Shown here: one piece after another, positions 57,813-64,000 of the stretch
Position numbering within the stretch: the first letter of the stretch is position 1
Layout: each line of letters starts with the position of its first letter
Notes under the pieces: model-generated
Seen by the model: only the letters and a program-made list of their open reading frames with translations
Told to the model about the DNA's origin: nothing
Databases searched by the model: none
Translations under genes and position numbers: made by a program
Assembly: GCA_963664815.2 (NCBI GenBank)
Contig: CAXXHB010000003.1
Location: forward strand, 3,552,001 to 3,616,000
Direction of reading: 5' to 3'
DNA: 64,000 nucleotides
From: Spirochaetota bacterium
Lineage (GTDB): Bacteria > Spirochaetota > UBA4802 > UBA5550

Positions 57813-59411
57813 TTACTCTTTTAAATTCTTATATTTCTGCTCCCCGGGAATATATTTGTTTATATCAATATTGTATTTTTCGAAAAGCTGATTTTTTGAA
57901 ACTTCAAATTCAATAAGCGATGCATTGTATGCAACAAGAAGCTGCAGTTCCATCTCCCTTGTTTTGACAACACCATCAAGAGCATCCCTGACTGACGAAG
58001 CGGCAAATCTTCCGCGTTTCATATTTGTAAGCATGCTTGTGTAATAAAGTTCCGCCTGTTTTCTTGCCTCTTTTGCCTCTCCATAAAGCTTGTAGCCTGC
58101 ATTTACGTTTTCTATTTTTGTAATTACGTCATCCTTCACATATCTGCGGGTCATTTCAAGTTTCTGCTTAGACTGCTCCACTATCCATGCAGAGTTCCTT
58201 TCATCTGCTTTCTGGTTTGTATCGTTAAGAGGATATGTCATGCTTATTTTTGCTTCGTATGAAGGGTATTTCATGGACGATACATTTGAATACGCATCAT
58301 TTTTTGAATCAATATTGTAATCCATAGAAGAAACTGAAACAGACCCCTTAAGCGAGGGTAGAGCGCTGTTCTCATTCATCTGGAGCGTTAGTCTGGCATT
58401 TTCAAGCGCTCTTACTGCATTGAGATAATCCACTCGCTTTTCAAACGCTGTTTTTATCGCGGCATCAGAGTTTATAACAGGAAGTTTGCCGGATAAAACG
58501 ACCTTCTCCTGGAGCGTAATTGTCTTATCTTCGTTTATATCCCTGTAGAATTTTCTGAGGGCTTTCCGGTAATTCTGTTCCGCCTGAGTCACAGATGCGT
58601 TGGCCGACGCCACAAGAGAATTCCAGTAGTTCATTTCAAACTTTTCGCTTAACCCGATATTAACCTTTTCTGCTACTATTCTTCTTACTTTTTTTGTTTC
58701 CGCCAGCATCATCCTTGAATTATCCAGGTGGTTCTGCTCCACAACAACAGTCCAGTAATCGATCATTACCATAAATGCAATCATTGACATGCTGTATACA
58801 TACGCGTCCTTTTTTGCCTCCGAAACATTTTTAAGCATTTTCTCCATTTTCCTGTCGTTGTAACCAAAGGCATTTTTAAGAAATTCCTGCTCAATTGAAG
58901 CAAAGACAACAGGATTTTCAGCATCAACCACGGAACCCTTTCCTGTATCAATTTTATAAGAGGTATGCCCCATACCGGCAGCAACAGTTGTTCCGCTTGA
59001 AAAAGCCTTGGCCAGAGATACCGATGCTTTGACAGAGTCAGATTTTTTAAAATAATTATCTGTATATAAATACAGGTTTTCAGGATATGATTCTGATGAT
59101 ACCCCCCCCTGAATATTAAAAATGGCGGAATACTTCGCATTGAACCTCATGCTGTCGGTATCAGCCATGGCCGCATCATATTTTGAGACATAGATATCGG
59201 GATTGATCTCTATGGCTCTTACAATAGCTTCCGATAATGTTATCTTTTTCCCGTCAAAAATCACAGCTGCTTCATCAGAGATTTCAACGCCTATGCGTTT
59301 CTCGGAGATTACTTCATCTCCCTTTTCAGCATTCTCCTGCGCGACAACCGAAGTTCCCGTTAATATAAGCATAAACGCCGCAAACAGCATAAAATTTTTC
59401 CGCATAATCAA
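57813..59411 (-). CDS. TolC-family outer-membrane efflux protein
   Basis: Signal peptide; LSEAI.RA...NPD; two OEP-like halves; R.DY; LPSL. Confidence 0.85.
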   Translation of the reverse strand: MIMRKNFMLFAAFMLILTGTSVVAQENAEKGDEVISEKRIGVEISDEAAVIFDGKKITLSEAIVRAIEINPDIYVSKYDAAMADTDSMRFNAKYSAIFNIQGGVSSESYPENLYLYTDNYFKKSDSVKASVSLAKAFSSGTTVAAGMGHTSYKIDTGKGSVVDAENPVVFASIEQEFLKNAFGYNDRKMEKMLKNVSEAKKDAYVYSMSMIAFMVMIDYWTVVVEQNHLDNSRMMLAETKKVRRIVAEKVNIGLSEKFEMNYWNSLVASANASVTQAEQNYRKALRKFYRDINEDKTITLQEKVVLSGKLPVINSDAAIKTAFEKRVDYLNAVRALENARLTLQMNENSALPSLKGSVSVSSMDYNIDSKNDAYSNVSSMKYPSYEAKISMTYPLNDTNQKADERNSAWIVEQSKQKLEMTRRYVKDDVITKIENVNAGYKLYGEAKEARKQAELYYTSMLTNMKRGRFAASSVRDALDGVVKTREMELQLLVAYNASLIEFEVSKNQLFEKYNIDINKYIPGEQKYKNLKE

Positions 59412-59415
59412 CTCC

Positions 59416-60156
59416 TTAAAAATTTTTGTTTATATTATTTCTTAAATCAATGAGTATTGAATCGAGTTCATTCTTTTTCTCCTGATCCAGAACCGGTATC
59501 TTTAATTTTTTTCCGGCCGGTCTCAGGGCCTTAAACACAAACTCAATCATAAAATTATAAAGTTTTTCATGTTTATCTTTATATATTGTTATATACAGTT
59601 CGGTATCCCTGAAGAACTCCTCACCCTGAGCGACATCTTTTATAAATGTTATAATATTCATTGTAAGCATGGCGGTGTTTGAAATTTCAAAAAGCCCATT
59701 CTCAACCCCATCCATGATTATATCATCAAATAAAAAGAGCTGCGGCGCCATGTATTCTCTCACCATCTCATATATAATTCCGTTCCCCTCTGCAAATCCA
59801 AACGCCACAATCCGCTGAAACTCATCATCCCGTATATAGATCTCCGAATTGACCATTACATAAATAACAGAGCAAAGTCTGATATCGGGCCCGGCATTCC
59901 ATGAATTTATCAGATCCAGAATTCTCTTCTCATATATTCCGAAAACCGCATCCAGAAGCCTGCGGAATATTGTAATATAAATTTTCTCTTTGCTGGTGAA
60001 GTGATAATGAAGCAGCGCCTGGTTGACACCCGCTATTGAGGCGATAGAACTCATGCGCGCACCGCTGAAGCCCTTCGCTGCAAATTCCTTTTTTGCAGCA
60101 TATAGAATCTTTCTTTTGGTATCTTCACTATCCAGTGAATGCTCTTTCATCCGCAA
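59416..60156 (-). CDS. TetR-family regulator
   Basis: EFA.KGFSGARM..IA..AGVNQALLHYHF.SKE. Confidence 0.92.
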   Translation of the reverse strand: MRMKEHSLDSEDTKRKILYAAKKEFAAKGFSGARMSSIASIAGVNQALLHYHFTSKEKIYITIFRRLLDAVFGIYEKRILDLINSWNAGPDIRLCSVIYVMVNSEIYIRDDEFQRIVAFGFAEGNGIIYEMVREYMAPQLFLFDDIIMDGVENGLFEISNTAMLTMNIITFIKDVAQGEEFFRDTELYITIYKDKHEKLYNFMIEFVFKALRPAGKKLKIPVLDQEKKNELDSILIDLRNNINKNF

Positions 60157-60282
60157 CCTTCATTCCAAAATCCATTTTCAGCAAAATCCAACACAATAGA
60201 CATCTTCATATCACCAGCTCCGTCCTGCTTAAGAATAAAAGCACAGATTGCAGGAACATCAGCCAGAAACTGCCCGAAAAAA

Positions 60283-63200
60283 CTACGATTTTCCGGTACG
60301 TTTCTTCTTTGTCTCCCTGGCATGCCCGGGCGCCGGCTCCGGTTCTTCACAAGTATCTTCTTTAACAGTATTTTTTACCTTTGCATGATAAATAGTACCG
60401 CTCATCTCAAAACCGAACCCGGAAAGGAATCCTGAGACATATCCTTTCATATCTTCGGCTATATAATAGAAGCAGGGGATAAGAACCAGCGTAATAAACG
60501 TCGCGAAGATGAGCCCGTATCCGAAAGCGAGGGCAAGTGGAGCGACAAGATAATCTTTTCCGCCGAACCCGTACATTACAGGAAGAAGTTCCAGCACCAT
60601 TGAACCGGCGGTGAGAATGATAGGCCTCAGCCTTACAACACCACCTTCTACAAGCGCATCTTTAAGACTCATACCTTCATCCCTGAAGTTATTTATAAAC
60701 TGAACAAGCACAAGCGTGTTGCTTACAATAATTCCCGCAAGGCTGAAAAGCCCGAGAGTACTCATGAAAGACAAAGGCTGCCCATGAGTAAATAATGCGA
60801 ATATAACGCCCACAAGAGCAAATGGTATCGCTATCATTATAACCAGCGGCATAACAAGCGACCTTGTGAATACAGTTAGAACAACAAAGATAAATATAAG
60901 CGCAGCCATGAACAGTGCGCCCAGTTCAGCCATAGATTTATTTGTATCCTCCTGCTCACCGCCATATTTTACAATATAACCGGGGTATCTTTTCCCTATA
61001 TCTGCAAATTTCTTCTCCAGAATTTTAGTCACGTCAACCGGAGTTATTATTTTTGTATCTACATCGGCCTGTACCTGTACCAGCCTCTTGAAATTCAGCC
61101 TGTTAATCTGGGAGTAACCCTTGTCAATTTTTACATTGCTTACCGAATCAAGAGGGATTAGCCCTCCAGTCATGCCGGCAATTTTAACATCATGCAGCCC
61201 GGACATCTTTTTACGTGCGATTTCCTCAAACCTTACACGTACTCCGACCTCCTCTTCATTCTGGTTGACTTTTGTTGCAACATCGCCGGCAAAAGAGGCA
61301 TTTATAGCCGAGGCAATATCATATGCAGATACTCCGGTTAGAGCGGCCATGCTTTCGTTAACAGTGTACTGGTATTCGGTTTTACCGCTTTCGAGGTCAA
61401 CTGTTATATCACGCACACCCTTAACTGCCGGGAGATATGATGTATATTCAGTCACTATCTGTTTTATAACCTCAAAATCCTCACCCTGGATCTCAACGTT
61501 GACAGGTTTACCAACCGGCGGGCCATCAAAAACCGAATCAACTTTTATATTGAGATCCTTCGAAATAATCCCGCTTTCCTGCGCCTGCGCGATTCTGCCG
61601 CGAAGGTCGAGATTAATCGCATCTGCCTTTCTCTTCCTCTCTTTTTCCGGAACCAGATATATCTCAAAAGTACTTTTATATGTAGCTTTCCCCGGTTTCG
61701 GATCAATGATTTCAGTATACTCCTCTCCGGCATATAAGTGAAGGGCTTTAAACTCATTTTTCGGTATTGAATCCAGAATCAGCTTTTCGATTTTTTTCAT
61801 CTCATCAAGGTTAGATTCAAGATTTGTTTCAAATGGAAGTTTGACACTTATCCGTATCTGCTCCTCCCCTCCGCCAGTTACAAATTTAAAACCAATCTTC
61901 GGTACCAGCAAAAGCGATATTATAAAAAGTACTATAAGTACCCCCACAGTGAGGTATCTGTGCTTAAGGGCAGCCGTTATAAATCCTTTGTACAGGTTCT
62001 GAATCTGACCGAACAGGCCTTCCTCAATATTATCATCTTCTTTCTGAACTTTTTTAAGGAAGCGGTCGATTTTATTTCCGAATATTCCCGAGAATATTTT
62101 CTGAGGCAGAGTCTCACCTCTTCTATCCCCGGTTTTTTTATGGGCTTCTCCGAGAAACATATTAAAATACATCGGGAGAACAAACATAGCTATAAACCAT
62201 GAAGCAATAAGCGTTATAATTATTACTGTTGGTATTGCCTTTACAAACTTCCCGATCATACCAGACACAAGCAGCAGGGGCATGAAAGCCGCAACTATAC
62301 ATATAAGTGTCACAGTAACAGACAGAAACACCTCGGATACACCCTTCTCGACAGCATCCCTCCTCTTCAGTCCATGCTCCATGTATCTGTGACTGTTTTC
62401 AGCAATAACAATGCTGAAATCAACCATCATGCCAAGAACCATAATCATTCCGAAAAGGCTTACAATATTAATGGTTATTCCCTGGTATCTAAGAGCAATG
62501 AAAGTCACCATGAAGGTTACAGGTATACCAGCGAGGACAAGTCCTGACATTCGCCGGCCGAGAAGCATAAACATAAAAATCCCGAGAATAATAAATCCGA
62601 GAACCGCCTCGTGGACAACAGAGGATATTCTTGAACTGGTCATTTCACTCTGATCATTGAACATTGAGATATTGACATCTTCATACCCCGGCAAGGAATA
62701 TGCCGCGACAGCTTTCTTAATACGTTCGGCAAGTTCAATTTCATCGGCGCTTCTCTTCTTCCATAGTTTGAATATTACAGCTTGCTTTCCGTTAAACCGA
62801 TGATGAACATCTGCCTCTTCATAGGTATCTGTAACTTTGGCGATATCGCCTATTCTTAAAGAATAGCCTGTATCGTTACCCCTTATTACAGTATTCCTGA
62901 CCTCATCAGTATTTTTGAACTGCCCTTTTGTACGCAGAACAAATTCCTTTTTACCGATCCTGAGAGCCCCCCCCGGGAAATCTATATTGCGCATTTTAAG
63001 CGCGTTAACAAGCGTATTCATCCCTATCCTGTACTTGTCAAGTGCATCGGGATCAACTTCAACGAGGTACTCCCTGTCGTAATAGCCGAGCTTCTCCACC
63101 TCGGCTATACCATCAATGTCATAGAAAAAATTCTCCGAGCTGTTTGCGAATTCACGGAGCCTTGAATACGGCACATTGCTGTCCTTACCGGTAAAAGCAA

Positions 63201-63624
63201 CACTTACAAGTTCTGTATTGTCAAATGTTACCTCAGCCACAAGAGGTTTTTGAGCGTTAGCAGGGAGCCCTCCGACCTGCTCCACAGCGTCCTTGATATC
63301 CTGTACAATCTTCTTTTTGTCACTTGCCTTATCCTCGATAAAGACAACTATTAACGAAACGTTTTCAACATTATAAGCCCTTACCTTGTCGAGATTGCTT
63401 ATACTGCGGAGCTTCTTTTCGATAGGTATGGATATAAGCTCCTCCGCATCGGATGGCGAGGCGCCCGGATATATGGTGGTTATAGTCACCATATCAAATT
63501 TAATATCCGGGATGGATTCCCTGTTTATTCCGGAAAATGAAAAAATTCCGGCCAGCACAATGATTACCACAACAAGATTGATCAGCAGCTTCTGATCAAG
63601 CAGATAACTAATTACCTTTTTCAT
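60283..63624 (-). CDS. RND efflux permease (AcrB/CzcA family)
   Basis: YPGASP, LGMMVD...V..EN, G.IGKF, IPFA.VG, RLRPIILT; 1113 aa. Confidence 0.95.
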   Translation of the reverse strand: MKKVISYLLDQKLLINLVVVIIVLAGIFSFSGINRESIPDIKFDMVTITTIYPGASPSDAEELISIPIEKKLRSISNLDKVRAYNVENVSLIVVFIEDKASDKKKIVQDIKDAVEQVGGLPANAQKPLVAEVTFDNTELVSVAFTGKDSNVPYSRLREFANSSENFFYDIDGIAEVEKLGYYDREYLVEVDPDALDKYRIGMNTLVNALKMRNIDFPGGALRIGKKEFVLRTKGQFKNTDEVRNTVIRGNDTGYSLRIGDIAKVTDTYEEADVHHRFNGKQAVIFKLWKKRSADEIELAERIKKAVAAYSLPGYEDVNISMFNDQSEMTSSRISSVVHEAVLGFIILGIFMFMLLGRRMSGLVLAGIPVTFMVTFIALRYQGITINIVSLFGMIMVLGMMVDFSIVIAENSHRYMEHGLKRRDAVEKGVSEVFLSVTVTLICIVAAFMPLLLVSGMIGKFVKAIPTVIIITLIASWFIAMFVLPMYFNMFLGEAHKKTGDRRGETLPQKIFSGIFGNKIDRFLKKVQKEDDNIEEGLFGQIQNLYKGFITAALKHRYLTVGVLIVLFIISLLLVPKIGFKFVTGGGEEQIRISVKLPFETNLESNLDEMKKIEKLILDSIPKNEFKALHLYAGEEYTEIIDPKPGKATYKSTFEIYLVPEKERKRKADAINLDLRGRIAQAQESGIISKDLNIKVDSVFDGPPVGKPVNVEIQGEDFEVIKQIVTEYTSYLPAVKGVRDITVDLESGKTEYQYTVNESMAALTGVSAYDIASAINASFAGDVATKVNQNEEEVGVRVRFEEIARKKMSGLHDVKIAGMTGGLIPLDSVSNVKIDKGYSQINRLNFKRLVQVQADVDTKIITPVDVTKILEKKFADIGKRYPGYIVKYGGEQEDTNKSMAELGALFMAALIFIFVVLTVFTRSLVMPLVIMIAIPFALVGVIFALFTHGQPLSFMSTLGLFSLAGIIVSNTLVLVQFINNFRDEGMSLKDALVEGGVVRLRPIILTAGSMVLELLPVMYGFGGKDYLVAPLALAFGYGLIFATFITLVLIPCFYYIAEDMKGYVSGFLSGFGFEMSGTIYHAKVKNTVKEDTCEEPEPAPGHARETKKKRTGKS

Positions 63625-63631
63625 AAATACC

Positions 63632-64000
63632 TCATGACGCCTTATTCTTTTTTATCTGTGTCTCTTCCTGAAAACTTACCATAATGCCATTCATAATCAG
63701 ATCTATGACACTCCTCTTTCTCTCTTCCATAAATTGTGCTTCATCAATAACCTCTATTTCAAAAACCTCGGTAATGGAATGTGAAAGAAAATATATAATA
63801 ACCATTCCCACCATGCTGATAACAAGTTGATCCGTATCTATATCACGAATGCGCTTTTCAGATTTCCCCTTTTCAATAAAACTCTTGAATATTATTGTTG
63901 TATTATTATCCCTCTCCAGTTCTTTTATATATTTCATAGTGACAGCAATCTCCTCAGCTCCGTTGCTCATGGCATCTATCATTATTTTTGTATAATTCAT
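63632..64000 (-). CDS. Probable TetR-family regulator, C-terminal part (5' end outside the window)
   Basis: IEKG....IRDID..QL.IS..GM...YF and DLI.NGI, typical of TetR C-terminal domains; frame is open to the window edge. Confidence 0.6.
   Translation of the reverse strand: MNYTKIMIDAMSNGAEEIAVTMKYIKELERDNNTTIIFKSFIEKGKSEKRIRDIDTDQLVISMVGMVIIYFLSHSITEVFEIEVIDEAQFMEERKRSVIDLIMNGIMVSFQEETQIKKNKAS

Overview
AT-rich bacterial chromosome segment from an anaerobe. The gene content (Leptospira-style RND/TolC pair, DUF3160, spirochaete-like lipoproteins, group C [FeFe]-hydrogenase kinase, CoA-transferase) suggests a Spirochaetota genome, which is an inference. Left to right: (1) a MarR - ArsM-like methyltransferase - 31-aa Cys peptide - radical SAM/SPASM operon, where the peptide and maturase are both missing from the ORF track; (2) an IS66 scar, PadR and a DUF4015 glycoside hydrolase behind a perfect 41-bp palindrome; (3) a Ni/peptide ABC importer; (4) an internally deleted IS110 inserted in a REP-like element, whose bridge RNA guides, core and circle-junction promoter can all be read from the sequence; (5) an His-rich protein (about 40% His) and a hydrogenase-kinase fusion; (6) metabolic genes and a two-component cluster; (7) a decayed mobile region at about 30.9-40.4 kb with a group II intron tail, cassette-like low-GC genes, IS91 and tyrosine-recombinase remnants, REP-like repeats and a truncated vapC; (8) envelope genes (DUF3160-Memo-CapA, ArnT/ArnC-like, flippase, outer-membrane proteins) and a TetR-RND-TetR-TolC locus. 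No rRNA, tRNA or CRISPR array was seen. All calls come from reading motifs by eye; no database search was run.
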